Positions 1 through 10,418 of a stretch of 64,000 nucleotides of DNA are shown piece by piece. The notes below the pieces were generated by a model. That model was not told where the DNA came from, ran no database searches, and was given only the letters and a program-made list of their open reading frames with translations. Location: positions 32,001 through 96,000 of the forward strand of contig JAWXAY010000033.1 of NCBI GenBank assembly GCA_034439715.1. The letters are read 5' to 3'. The translations under genes and the position numbers were made by a program. The DNA is from Pseudomonadota bacterium (lineage in GTDB: Bacteria > Bdellovibrionota > Bdellovibrionia > Bdellovibrionales > SG-bin7). Position 1 is the first letter of the stretch; every line of letters begins with the position of its first letter.

Positions 1-1
1 C

Positions 2-3000
2 AATCAAAATGTTGTGGTTACATCTGACAACATTGCAAACTCTTACAATGTTATCGTCGCAGCGGGTGGTATTATAAGTGCGAATTATTACAAATTTGAA
101 AACCTAGGTACGCTGGGATTAAATATTGCCGGTACGATCAATGCCACCAACCATTTACAAAATGGTACATTTAGATATCCCAGAGGCAACAATGGAAAAA
201 TGTTAGACCTTGACGTGGCTGTTCCTACAAATTCAATGGACAATATGACATTTACGTCGGGCGGGTCGTCAGCCACGGGCACCACTAATATTGATACGGC
301 CACCAATGGTGCTGGCGGCACACTCACATTAAATAACTATACTGGTGATTTAGCGGGACCGTTTTTTGATAATGATCCCACCTATTTACTAGCTTGGTTG
401 AACGCCACAAATACCATAGAAATCACACAAGAAGCGACTTCACCCGTCACGCTTAATGCGGGTTCTACTTATAATATGGGGCGCTTTGGTTTCAAACAAG
501 CTATGGCAGGAGCGTCTTTTGTAAACACGGATATTACAAGCCTTCGCTTGACGTTAACTGGTACGGCTTCCAGTAATGATATTTCAGACGTCAAAATTTA
601 CTACGACGCTACTTGTGCTGGTGCCGGCGGTGTACTTGTTGATAGCGGAGCATTTTCGGGTAACCCGGCTTCTCGTGTATTTACTTTTACGGCGGGCGAA
701 GCCACGGTCAATGCTGATACTTCAACCCCACCAAAAAAATGTCTTTATGTTGAATATGTTATTGCTTCGGGAGCCACTGATGGCAACACCGCAGGGGTGG
801 AGTTAGTTTTAACCACTGATTTTGCGAGCTCGGCGGGTTATGCGGTGGACTCAAATACTCTACCACCTCTTTTTCTGGGATCACCTGGTACAATTTCTGG
901 AAGTTCCTCTGTAAATTGGGTGGGCGGTACAAGCACCAATTGGAATTTAGCTGCCAATTGGAGTCCTGCTACCGTTCCTACCAGCGGCATCAGCTGTCGG
1001 ATTGATAGCAGCGTTAGGAATCCTACCATTGACGTAACAAGCGGTAATGCCACTTGCAAAACTGTCATCATCGGAAACGGCACGCTGAATATTTCTACGG
1101 GGTACAAACTTTCTGTCTATGGTGGTTATACCAATACTGGTACGTTAAACTTGGCGGGAACTGCCACTCTTGAATTTGCGGACGGGGGGGTTTTATCAAA
1201 TCAAACAATTACAAGTAGTACGACCATTGGCAGTATTAGTTTTGCTAAAACTGCTGGTGGAAACGTCAACATCGGCTCAAGTGCTCTAACAGTTACATCG
1301 CTAGTAAATATGCAGGCTGGGCAAAACTTTGATTTTTTAATACCGAGTGGAAAAAATCTGACGTTTAGCGGAGGAGCCACTGTTAGTGCAGGAACCTTTA
1401 CCATTGCCGCTGGTGGTACGCTGACCATGGGCAATGCCACGGCTTTTACGGTTGGTGCCAATGGAACTTTAATTATGATTGGTAGTTCCGGTGCCAACTT
1501 AGCCACTATGACGGGTGGAAGTAATAAATTTAACGCTGTTATCAATGGAACAATCAAGGCGCAGTACTATAAGTTTGATCATCTATCATCAGCAGGAGTT
1601 AGTGTTGAAAGCGGTTCAACCATTGACGTCACTTACCATTTGCAAGATGGTAGTTTTACATATCCTGTCGACGCTTCGACCACGATGCTCTTTTTAAAAC
1701 GCCAAGTTCCAACTGATACAATGGACAACACCAAGTTTGATAAAGGCGGCTCCGCGGCAGCGACGCCAAAGAATATCAACACGACAGGTGCTGCGGCGGG
1801 TACTCTCACCATGAGTGGTTACTTAGGCGATATTGCTGGCGATGCCTTTGAAGTTGAAGGGTCTTATACAATTAGTTGGGGCGCAGGTGTAAATACCATA
1901 AATCTCACTCAAAGTGCTGCCACCGCACTTGGTTCAGTTACTGCTCCTTCGACAGCAAATTTGATGGGGCGTTTCGGCTTTAAACAAACTCTCGCGGGCG
2001 CGTCTTATAGCGATGCTGCACTTACAACTTTAAAACTAACCCTTAAAGGAACGGCCATAGCAGCAGATGTCAGTGAAGTTCGCATTTATTACGAGACAGA
2101 TTGTAACAGCGCTGGTGGTACACTTATCGGTTCGGGTATATTTAGTGGATCGCCGGGTACCGCAACATTTAATCTTAACCCTACTGATGCGATTATTCCC
2201 TTCAATGCTACAACACCACCTACCGTTTGCATTTATGTCCAATACGATATTCCATCTGGTGCCACAAACGGAAACACCGTAGGGGTCGAGGTTGCCATCA
2301 ATAGTCATGTCACCAATGACCAGGCCTACGCCATTGCTGACGCTACACCAGTACCAGTCAATTTAGGCACGGCGATTGCCATAAGTGGTGCGATAAATAC
2401 GACATGGAACGGATCGGTAAGTACCGCTTGGGGTACTGCCGGAAACTGGTCTGCGGGAGTGCCTACATCGACAGTTAATTGTACAATTCCTACTGGTTTG
2501 ACTGTCTGGCCAAACGTAGCAGCAGGAACAATCATTTGTAAGAGTGTAACTTTACAGGGCTCAATGACAATGTCAGCTGGAACTTGGGATGTGCACGGGG
2601 ATTTTATTAATACGGGCACTTTTACAAACTCAGGTGGTGCTTTAAACTTTCAAGGTACTGCTAATCAAAACTTTAGTAGCGGTAGCACTATATTTAATGT
2701 GACCTTTGGAAAAACGGCCGGAACCGTTGCCATTACTGGTGCAAGTGTACCTATTACATCGATCGATTTTACGGGAGGCTCGGCTTACACATTTAAAGTG
2801 AATTCTGGCAGAACGGTGACCTTTACAAATAACGTAACTGTTTTGACTGGTAAGACATTTGATATTTCAGCGGGCACGGTAAGAATGTCTAACGGAAGAA
2901 CTTTTACTATTAATAGTGGTGCGACGTTAAATATGATTGGAACTTCTGCAGTTTTAAATTCTGTCATGACTTCAACTGGTGGAGCCAACGCATTTAATGT

Positions 3001-6000
3001 GGTCATTGCGGGAACCATTGCAGCGAGATATTTTACTTTTGACCACTTGGGCGTCGCAGGTGTGGCTATAAATGGAACCGCTACTATAAACGCGACCAAT
3101 CAGTTGCAAGATTGTAATTTTACATATCCCGTAAACAACAATACCAAGTTTTTAACCCTAGCTATTCCCATTCCAGTTGCAACTTTGGACAATTGTAAAT
3201 TTGATTTGGCGGGATCGGTAGCAACAGGAACAAAAACGATTGATGCCTCTGCAGTGACTGGTGGCGCCCCCAACCCAGACTTGACACTTAATAATTGGTC
3301 AGGCGACGCCGGAGGCACCAGCAGCAGTATCAATAGTGGTACCTATACGATCGCTTGGGCGCCGGGACTCAACACCATAAATATCACTCGTGAAGCTGCC
3401 AGCCCCACCACAGTGAACGCCGGCACTACATATAACATGGGCCGCTTTGGCTTCCAGCAAGTTTTAGCCGGTACCTATGCAGATACAGATATAACAACAC
3501 TCAGGCTTTCAACCACTGGAACGGCTGTGGCCTCAGATATAAGTCAGGTCCGAGTCTATTACGATAGTGATTGTAACAACTCAGCCGGAACTCTTATTGG
3601 CACAGGAGCCTTTGCCGGTTCCCCATTAACTAAGACATTCACTTTCTTGGCGGGAGACGCGAGAATTCACTTTAGTGCAACATCCCCACCACTCCGTTGT
3701 ATTTATGTTGAGATGGATGTTGCTCCGGGTGCCGTTAATGCTCGGACCATAAGTGCAAAAATTGATGTCTCGGCTGATTTGGTAAATAGCCTCGGTTATG
3801 CTGTGGCGACGGCATTTCCTGTGGCACTTGCCACGACTCCCTCTACAATTGTGGGCGCTTCAAATACCACATGGACTGGAACTACAAGTACAGCTTGGAA
3901 TTTGGCGAGTAACTGGACAAGCGGAATTCCCGATTCCACAAAAACTTGCACTCTCGTCAACGTAGCGAACGATCCTATTATCAGTACAGCGACTCAAGCA
4001 TGCAGAAACGTAAGTATAGGTAACGGGATCTTAACAATTAACACCGGTTCAACTCTTCAAGTTTATGGAAACTACGACAATACTTCGGGTTCAGTTACAA
4101 TGAGCGGCACTGGTACTGTTCGCATGATGGACGGCGGAACCGGCAGCGCTCAGACTGTGGCGAGTACCGCCCAACCTATGAATAAATTAACATTTGATAA
4201 AACAACTGGCGGCTCAGTTCGTGTTAATTCTACTATGACAATTACTAATTTGACGATTCCTGCTGGGTCTAATTTCACTTTCCAAATTCCTGCGAGTACG
4301 ACACTGACGTTAACAAATGGTCTCGCAATTCCTGCAGGGACCGTCGACGTGCAAAATGGCGGAACTATATTGATGGCTAGCGGCACTACACTTAGTGTGA
4401 CTGGCGGGACATTTAAAACTTCGGGTGTTAATGATACCTTTGTGCAAAGCTCAGCTAACAAAGGCAAAGTAAGTCGTGTTTCTGGTTCGTGGTCGTTTAA
4501 CGCAACTTCTGGCACCGTCAATCTCACTGGGTTTTGGTTAGATTATTTAGATGCGAACGGTATGCAGATAAATGGCTCCACCACACTTTCAAATTTGAGT
4601 GGCGGTCAGTTTACAAATCTTGCTACGAACGGTAGGGGTATGCAAGTAAACACGAGCGGTGCCGTACCGGCAACCGCCGCAAATGTGGGATTTGAGTGGG
4701 GCGCATTCAATGCGGCAAATTCAGGTCAAAGTTGTTTAGCGGGCACTTATTATACCGTGTACGCAACGGCTTGTGGTGGAAATACAATTACGTTTACAGA
4801 ATGGTGGGGTAATTGGTGGCCAGGACAACAATCATTAGTTGACTGTTCCCCCGACGATCATATTTGGGATTCGGCAGAAGGGGCTTCATGCACCATTAGC
4901 ATGGCGTCGTCAGCTTCACCAGTTTCGCTATTGTCACTGGTTGCTAAACCGTACAATCATGCGGTGTCAATTGAATGGGTAACAGCTTCTGAACTTGATC
5001 ACCAGGGATTTAATGTTTACCGCAGTCTCGACATGTCTAGCGGATTTATTCAAATCAATTCTGAGTTGGTGAGAAACATTATTTCGTCAACGTCGTATAA
5101 AGGAAAATACCGCTTTGTGGATCACGAGGTTGAAAACGGTACTCTCTATTACTATATCATCGAAGATGTGGCTTTTAATGGTGCTAAAGAGAAGCATGGA
5201 CCCGTCAGTGCAAGACCCTTAATAATATTAACGGCTCCGCCGGCTGATCCCAGTGACACTAACTCTGGAACAACAGATCCTAATCCGAACGCAGGTAACG
5301 ATCCCTCGACCGGGCCTATCGCGACACCGGGAATGGTTGACCTCGGGAATGGCGTTCACATTTTAGCGCAAACTAAAAACTCTTTACGTATAGAAATCAT
5401 TCCGCCGCCAGAGACTTGGGCTAATTCTACTTGGAATGCGACTTATAAAACTCTTAAGGTCCCGGGATATTCGAACACGCTAACACCAGGATACCCAGAA
5501 CTTGTGGATAGGACTATTTTAGTTGAGGTCAGTGATCAACATAGTAGTGCTTTGGTTATCAATTCGAGTTTGGTTGAGACCGTTCCTGTTGCCAAAAAAG
5601 TTCAACCAGCACCGAATTGGGTGGCCAATGGTGGTGGCATTCTGCAAGCTTCGTATGCCGAGAATGCGGTCGCTTATAGTGCCGCTGGGTATCAGCCGGC
5701 GACTTATTATTCTTTGGATAGCGCGCTTAAAACTATCGGTGGCAAAACCTACTTAGCTCTAAATGTGTCACCATTTAAATACGATGCTGTTAATCAGCTT
5801 GTAAAAAATTCGAGCAAAATCGTACTTGATATTGCGCTTGATGGTGAACCTATATGGAATGGTCAGCCGCCTACCAGCGATCCGGCACTGTCGCCGTCAG
5901 CTGCAGATGGCGTGTTGCGAATTGGCTTTCGTAGCTCTGGACTTTATGAATTAACTTACAATGATTTTGTCACAGCTAATGTAGATGGTCCATTCGCGGG

Positions 6001-8344
6001 ACACGACTCCACTCAATTTCGCATGTATGTACGGGGAGAAGAAATACCCATTAGTATAATATCGACCAACAGTACTTTTTCGAGTGGTGATAAAATAAGA
6101 TATCACGTTGATCATTTGAGAAATTCCGAAGACGATGAAAATGAAGTCGTACTCAGCTCTTATAATGTTCAGAATAGTGCAAGTGCCCCCTTGCGAATGG
6201 ATCACCGGAACGCTGAACCGACAAGTTTTGGTGCTTCACCTGAAGTGGGGTCTTATTATAAAGTAGCAGTGGAGCAGGATGTTGACTTCTATCTGGACTA
6301 TCCATTAGGTCCTGATCAAGATCATTTTTTCTGGAAGCGCATTAAAGCTAACAGAAATGGTAATCGCAATCCCTATCCTACAGCGGCCAAAATGGACATA
6401 CCCATTGATCTTACTCGTTTAGATCAAAATTCGACTAGAAAAGTTTACCTGAGAGTTTATTTAAGAGCTCGAGCTAATATGACTACAAATGCGAGTCACC
6501 ACTTGGGCCTGTATTTAAATAACATCACCTATATGGTCGATGAAAAAGTATTTACCGAAGACAAGCCGACAGTATTAACTTTTGAGTTGAATCCTAACTT
6601 CTTTTTTGACGGCATAAACACGATCAAACTTTTAGCTCTTGGAGACATGGTTCCCGAAAACAATTGGGACATTATAGACATTGATCGCGTTGAAGTCGAA
6701 TTTGAAGGGTCCCGTTTAGCCATTGCAGACGTTGCCGAATTTACCAACCGGTATAGAGACCAAGCCATTTCCGTGTTTGGCTTTTCGAGCACAAATGTTG
6801 TGGCCTATGATGTTTCCCAGCAGAATAAACGGGTATCGATTCTAGATAATATTGCTTGGTCAGTGAGTGGCGGACTTAATGATGCCACCTTTGCCACAGT
6901 CAGTAATATTGAGGGCGACATGGGCACTCACTACGTTTTAATAAAAGACGGACAATATAAAAAGCCCACATCACTTTTACTACAAGAAGGCATTTATTTG
7001 CCTCTCAAATCTTCAGCGCAAGGAGCGGACTTAATTATTGTCGGTCCAAAATCTTTGCTAAGTTACACCGAAAAACTAGTCAGTGTTCGTGAAGGTGATG
7101 GTCTTCGTGTTGTTAGTGCGCCGCTGGAGCAAATCTATGCCGAATTTTCAGACGGTTTGAACACCAGTCGCGGTGTTAGAGATTTTATTCTCTACGCCTA
7201 CAATAATTGGACATTTCCCAAACCTAAATACTTACTAATTATTGGTGATGCAACATATGATCCCTTGGATAAACTTGGTTATGGCCGCGCTGACAAAGAT
7301 AGCATGACGCCATTGGCATTGGTCAGCGGAATCCATATTGACTTTGGCAGTGATAATTACTTTGTGGCGAATCCCGATGGTACAGACATTCCAATAATGT
7401 CTGTTGGACGAATTCCAACCTCTCAGCCAGATTTCTTAGAAGGCTATATCAATAAAATACTAGCCTACGAAGTCGGAAGCTCAGCGCCATCCACTGGGTA
7501 TAACTCGCACAATGCCGTTTTTATTAATGATAAGCCTTCATTTGGAGACAATTTCTCAAAAGGCGTTGATGAATTGTCCGCGGCGCTCTATTCATCAAGA
7601 CCAGATTACACCTCAACAAAACTAAATCGTGAGTTATACACAGACGTCAATTTCAAACAAAAAATTATTGACGAATTTAATTCAGGTCCGTTTTTAATGA
7701 CTTACCTTGGACACGGAGCTGAAGAACGCTGGATGTCCGATAGTTCTGGAAATCCTGTTTTTGGCAATACTGAGGCAAAGGCATTAACAAACGCGCGCCT
7801 ACCAATTGTTCTCGCCCTGAACTGTTTGAATTCCTATTTTTACGATCCAGATCCAGACCCTTCTTGGTCAGGACTGGGCGAAGAACTTATATTAAATGCC
7901 AATGGCGGTGCTATTGCATTTTGGGGATCTACAGCCATGACAACGCCTGGAACGCAAAAAAAGTTAGCTACGTCATTTATTAATGAATTCAGCGCTGAAA
8001 CCACTTTGGCAGTTCACGATGTTCGCTTAGGCGACATCTTGAGCCGCGCCAAACAAGTGCTCGGTTCCGACGAAAACTCTAAGGATACTATCCGCAGCTG
8101 GGCCCTTTTAGGCGATCCTTCTATGAAGTTACCGAGTGATGTTTTTAAAGCTCAAAGCGTTGATCAATCCTCAACAAGAAAGAGTAAAGGCTTTTTATCT
8201 TGCGGTAGTATCGACATTGGCTCAAGTGGCGGTAGTGGTCCAAATTGGCCCGCGCTTTTTGAAATGCTATTGCTGGTAGGATTTATTATGTTGTTGAGGA
8301 TTCGCTTGGTTCTAGTGCCCGCCAAACAACGAATCAAACGATAA
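2..8344 (+). CDS. Giant surface protein, 5'-truncated by the window edge: ~490-aa repeated beta-rich modules, an Ig/FN3-like domain, a C25 (gingipain-like) cysteine peptidase region and a C-terminal TM anchor
   Basis: The frame is open from position 2. MGRFGF(K/Q)Q recurs at ~477, ~1964 and ~3437, and WxGxxSTxWxxAxNW occurs three times. C25 motifs are ADLIIV, YLLIIGDATYD, SDNYF, VGRIP, YLGHG (His), LNCLNSYF (Cys), GGAIAFWG and LLGDP. The protein ends SCGSI..GGSG, a hydrophobic stretch and basic residues. Confidence 0.88.
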   Translation, partial: NQNVVVTSDNIANSYNVIVAAGGIISANYYKFENLGTLGLNIAGTINATNHLQNGTFRYPRGNNGKMLDLDVAVPTNSMDNMTFTSGGSSATGTTNIDTATNGAGGTLTLNNYTGDLAGPFFDNDPTYLLAWLNATNTIEITQEATSPVTLNAGSTYNMGRFGFKQAMAGASFVNTDITSLRLTLTGTASSNDISDVKIYYDATCAGAGGVLVDSGAFSGNPASRVFTFTAGEATVNADTSTPPKKCLYVEYVIASGATDGNTAGVELVLTTDFASSAGYAVDSNTLPPLFLGSPGTISGSSSVNWVGGTSTNWNLAANWSPATVPTSGISCRIDSSVRNPTIDVTSGNATCKTVIIGNGTLNISTGYKLSVYGGYTNTGTLNLAGTATLEFADGGVLSNQTITSSTTIGSISFAKTAGGNVNIGSSALTVTSLVNMQAGQNFDFLIPSGKNLTFSGGATVSAGTFTIAAGGTLTMGNATAFTVGANGTLIMIGSSGANLATMTGGSNKFNAVINGTIKAQYYKFDHLSSAGVSVESGSTIDVTYHLQDGSFTYPVDASTTMLFLKRQVPTDTMDNTKFDKGGSAAATPKNINTTGAAAGTLTMSGYLGDIAGDAFEVEGSYTISWGAGVNTINLTQSAATALGSVTAPSTANLMGRFGFKQTLAGASYSDAALTTLKLTLKGTAIAADVSEVRIYYETDCNSAGGTLIGSGIFSGSPGTATFNLNPTDAIIPFNATTPPTVCIYVQYDIPSGATNGNTVGVEVAINSHVTNDQAYAIADATPVPVNLGTAIAISGAINTTWNGSVSTAWGTAGNWSAGVPTSTVNCTIPTGLTVWPNVAAGTIICKSVTLQGSMTMSAGTWDVHGDFINTGTFTNSGGALNFQGTANQNFSSGSTIFNVTFGKTAGTVAITGASVPITSIDFTGGSAYTFKVNSGRTVTFTNNVTVLTGKTFDISAGTVRMSNGRTFTINSGATLNMIGTSAVLNSVMTSTGGANAFNVVIAGTIAARYFTFDHLGVAGVAINGTATINATNQLQDCNFTYPVNNNTKFLTLAIPIPVATLDNCKFDLAGSVATGTKTIDASAVTGGAPNPDLTLNNWSGDAGGTSSSINSGTYTIAWAPGLNTINITREAASPTTVNAGTTYNMGRFGFQQVLAGTYADTDITTLRLSTTGTAVASDISQVRVYYDSDCNNSAGTLIGTGAFAGSPLTKTFTFLAGDARIHFSATSPPLRCIYVEMDVAPGAVNARTISAKIDVSADLVNSLGYAVATAFPVALATTPSTIVGASNTTWTGTTSTAWNLASNWTSGIPDSTKTCTLVNVANDPIISTATQACRNVSIGNGILTINTGSTLQVYGNYDNTSGSVTMSGTGTVRMMDGGTGSAQTVASTAQPMNKLTFDKTTGGSVRVNSTMTITNLTIPAGSNFTFQIPASTTLTLTNGLAIPAGTVDVQNGGTILMASGTTLSVTGGTFKTSGVNDTFVQSSANKGKVSRVSGSWSFNATSGTVNLTGFWLDYLDANGMQINGSTTLSNLSGGQFTNLATNGRGMQVNTSGAVPATAANVGFEWGAFNAANSGQSCLAGTYYTVYATACGGNTITFTEWWGNWWPGQQSLVDCSPDDHIWDSAEGASCTISMASSASPVSLLSLVAKPYNHAVSIEWVTASELDHQGFNVYRSLDMSSGFIQINSELVRNIISSTSYKGKYRFVDHEVENGTLYYYIIEDVAFNGAKEKHGPVSARPLIILTAPPADPSDTNSGTTDPNPNAGNDPSTGPIATPGMVDLGNGVHILAQTKNSLRIEIIPPPETWANSTWNATYKTLKVPGYSNTLTPGYPELVDRTILVEVSDQHSSALVINSSLVETVPVAKKVQPAPNWVANGGGILQASYAENAVAYSAAGYQPATYYSLDSALKTIGGKTYLALNVSPFKYDAVNQLVKNSSKIVLDIALDGEPIWNGQPPTSDPALSPSAADGVLRIGFRSSGLYELTYNDFVTANVDGPFAGHDSTQFRMYVRGEEIPISIISTNSTFSSGDKIRYHVDHLRNSEDDENEVVLSSYNVQNSASAPLRMDHRNAEPTSFGASPEVGSYYKVAVEQDVDFYLDYPLGPDQDHFFWKRIKANRNGNRNPYPTAAKMDIPIDLTRLDQNSTRKVYLRVYLRARANMTTNASHHLGLYLNNITYMVDEKVFTEDKPTVLTFELNPNFFFDGINTIKLLALGDMVPENNWDIIDIDRVEVEFEGSRLAIADVAEFTNRYRDQAISVFGFSSTNVVAYDVSQQNKRVSILDNIAWSVSGGLNDATFATVSNIEGDMGTHYVLIKDGQYKKPTSLLLQEGIYLPLKSSAQGADLIIVGPKSLLSYTEKLVSVREGDGLRVVSAPLEQIYAEFSDGLNTSRGVRDFILYAYNNWTFPKPKYLLIIGDATYDPLDKLGYGRADKDSMTPLALVSGIHIDFGSDNYFVANPDGTDIPIMSVGRIPTSQPDFLEGYINKILAYEVGSSAPSTGYNSHNAVFINDKPSFGDNFSKGVDELSAALYSSRPDYTSTKLNRELYTDVNFKQKIIDEFNSGPFLMTYLGHGAEERWMSDSSGNPVFGNTEAKALTNARLPIVLALNCLNSYFYDPDPDPSWSGLGEELILNANGGAIAFWGSTAMTTPGTQKKLATSFINEFSAETTLAVHDVRLGDILSRAKQVLGSDENSKDTIRSWALLGDPSMKLPSDVFKAQSVDQSSTRKSKGFLSCGSIDIGSSGGSGPNWPALFEMLLLVGFIMLLRIRLVLVPAKQRIKR

Positions 8345-8650
8345 AACCACACCTGCACTAGCACCCACCCCTATACCATTAGCTAACATATCGTTGGATG
8401 AAAAATCGCTATCGGTAAGTTCCTTAATTGTCCCCACCGTAAGGGCCACAAGGCTACCGTATATTATAGATTTCCACTTTGAATATTTGGCTCGGCGAAA
8501 GGCATCGGTCGCGCTATAGGAAAGTCCAAAGCTTGCCAGCATATGGAGTTGTTTATCGGTGTTATTCCACGAGAATTTATCGTCGTTAGGGAGCGCCGCT
8601 AGAGAGGTGTTTGACACCATTAATATTAGCGCTAGAAGAATTTTTTTCAT
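8312..8650 (-). CDS. Small exported/membrane protein, YfiM/DUF2279-like
   Basis: Signal peptide, then DKQLH..S, G..KE..D and FS.ND.LAN.IG motifs typical of YfiM/VanZ-like proteins. Confidence 0.65.
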   Translation of the reverse strand: MKKILLALILMVSNTSLAALPNDDKFSWNNTDKQLHMLASFGLSYSATDAFRRAKYSKWKSIIYGSLVALTVGTIKELTDSDFSSNDMLANGIGVGASAGVVLSFDSLFGGH

Positions 8651-8725
8651 ACTTAAAAGTTTTCCAAATTCTAGAGATTAATGCAATTGAAATCTTAAGC
8701 GTTCTATGCGACCTTGCTCAACACC

Positions 8726-9343
8726 ATGCCACTTGAAAAGCTTTTTCCGACTTACGTATACAACGAAAAATTGAAATCAAATGACTTAAATTTGCGAGGC
8801 GAGATTTTATCGGAGGCCTATAAGTTTAGGGATGACGACATAGAAGGCCATAAATGGTGCAAAAAAAACTATGTCGGTGGTTACACCTCATATGGTTCGC
8901 TCTGTAAACTTCATAAAATGTCGCCCACCTTTAACGAACTAAAAAAACAAATTGATAAACATGTCAAAAAATATATCCAAGTTACTGAAATGGATCTTGA
9001 AGGCCACAAAATAGAAATGAACAGCTGCTGGGTTAGTATTATGCCTGCGCAGAGCCATCATAGCTTTCATATTCATCCACAGTCTTTTATTAGTGGCACC
9101 TACTATGTTTCAACTCCAAAAAATTCTTCGGTGATTAAGTTTGAAGATCCTAGGCTTGCATTTTTTATGGGTTCACCATCCCGAAAATCAAAATGTCGGC
9201 GTGAAAATCAGCACTTCGTGGCTGTTGACCCTCGGGAGGGCAACGTGGTGCTTTTTGAAAGTTGGTTGAGGCACGAAGTACCCGCGAATACTAGCGAAAC
9301 AGAACGGGTTAGCGTTAGTTTTAACTACAGTTGGAATTTCTAA
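8726..9343 (+). CDS. TIGR02466-family putative 2OG-Fe(II) oxygenase
   Basis: LFPT, HSFHIHP..FISGTYYV, FEDPR, LFESWLRHEVP and ERVSVSFN motifs. ATG 8726 preferred over TTG 8714. Confidence 0.85.
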   Translation: MPLEKLFPTYVYNEKLKSNDLNLRGEILSEAYKFRDDDIEGHKWCKKNYVGGYTSYGSLCKLHKMSPTFNELKKQIDKHVKKYIQVTEMDLEGHKIEMNSCWVSIMPAQSHHSFHIHPQSFISGTYYVSTPKNSSVIKFEDPRLAFFMGSPSRKSKCRRENQHFVAVDPREGNVVLFESWLRHEVPANTSETERVSVSFNYSWNF

Positions 9344-10327
9344 TTAAACCAACACTCCATTTACTAAATCTTCTTCGTGCAGTCGCATAAGGTCTTTGGC
9401 GATGGGGCCAGGCCTTCCGTCTCCTAAAGCCTTACCATTTATTTGAACGACCGGTAAAACTCCAATAGTTGTACCAAACATCATGGCCTCTTTACATTTC
9501 TCAGCTTGCTCGAGGGTGATGTCGCCTTCCTTGATGGCCTTGAGCTTGCCGGCATTTAGTAATTTCCAGGCGAGTTCCATCAGTCGCACCAGAGTGGTGC
9601 CCTTCAAAGTATATTTAAATGACGGAATTAAAAGTTCAGAGTCAATTGTGACAAAGCCAATATTTTCAGTGGCGCCTTCGCCTAAAAATCCTCTTGGTGA
9701 AATATTAATCGAGAAGTCCCAGCCTTTATCTTCGGCCTCTTTCTTCATAAGAACATTACTCAGATAGTTACAACTTTTAACAGTCGCCTGAAAGGAATCT
9801 TTCATAGGAATTTGACTTGCGCCGACTATCACTCCGTTCAGATATTTTGCGGGTTCCACGGGTTTGAGTCGTGTCACCACAATGTAGAGTTGCGGGGCTA
9901 CGCTTTCGTAGGGCGATGGGCCAAATCCACCGGGCCCACGTGAAACAAATACACGTAATCCATAATTACATTCTTTAGCGCGCTCTTTTGTACTTTCTTT
10001 GGCTACTCTTACCGTTTCAATTATTGTCCCTTGTAGTTCCAGACGAGAAAGTGGAAGCTTAAGCGCTACCTTTTCAGCGCTAGACTCAAGCCGATCCAGA
10101 TGCTCTTTCAGAAGATAAATACGCCCTGCACTAACCTTTAAGGCCTCAAATATTCCATCCCCCCGGTGTACGAGATGATCATCGACTGGTACGCACATTA
10201 ACATTGGGTCGGATGTAATTCCTCCAAGCCAAGAAGAATACATAGCAAAATAATTTTCATGAAAAATTTGCCTTTGTTGATCGAGTTTTTTTAAAAAGAA
10301 ATCTCGTGTAATTATCTCTATGCTCAT
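9344..10327 (-). CDS. PLP-dependent class IV aminotransferase (D-amino-acid transaminase / ADC lyase / BCAT-like)
   Basis: DHLVHRGDGIFE, EHLDRLESSA, VKSCNYLSNVL (catalytic Lys), EGATEN and LKGTT motifs. Confidence 0.88.
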   Translation of the reverse strand: MSIEIITRDFFLKKLDQQRQIFHENYFAMYSSWLGGITSDPMLMCVPVDDHLVHRGDGIFEALKVSAGRIYLLKEHLDRLESSAEKVALKLPLSRLELQGTIIETVRVAKESTKERAKECNYGLRVFVSRGPGGFGPSPYESVAPQLYIVVTRLKPVEPAKYLNGVIVGASQIPMKDSFQATVKSCNYLSNVLMKKEAEDKGWDFSINISPRGFLGEGATENIGFVTIDSELLIPSFKYTLKGTTLVRLMELAWKLLNAGKLKAIKEGDITLEQAEKCKEAMMFGTTIGVLPVVQINGKALGDGRPGPIAKDLMRLHEEDLVNGVLV

Positions 10328-10418
10328 TTTTTCCTCATAATGCGATGCTATTTATGTGACCTTTAGTAGAATGATAATTAAAAAGCTTTCTGTACACAAC
10401 AAACAAATGGGAGTGAGT

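Noticed and set aside
88..6792. Many 60-125 aa antisense and alternate-frame ORFs inside the giant gene
   Set aside because: Shadow ORFs expected from the Gly/Thr/Ala/Val codon bias; no RBS or recognisable motifs.
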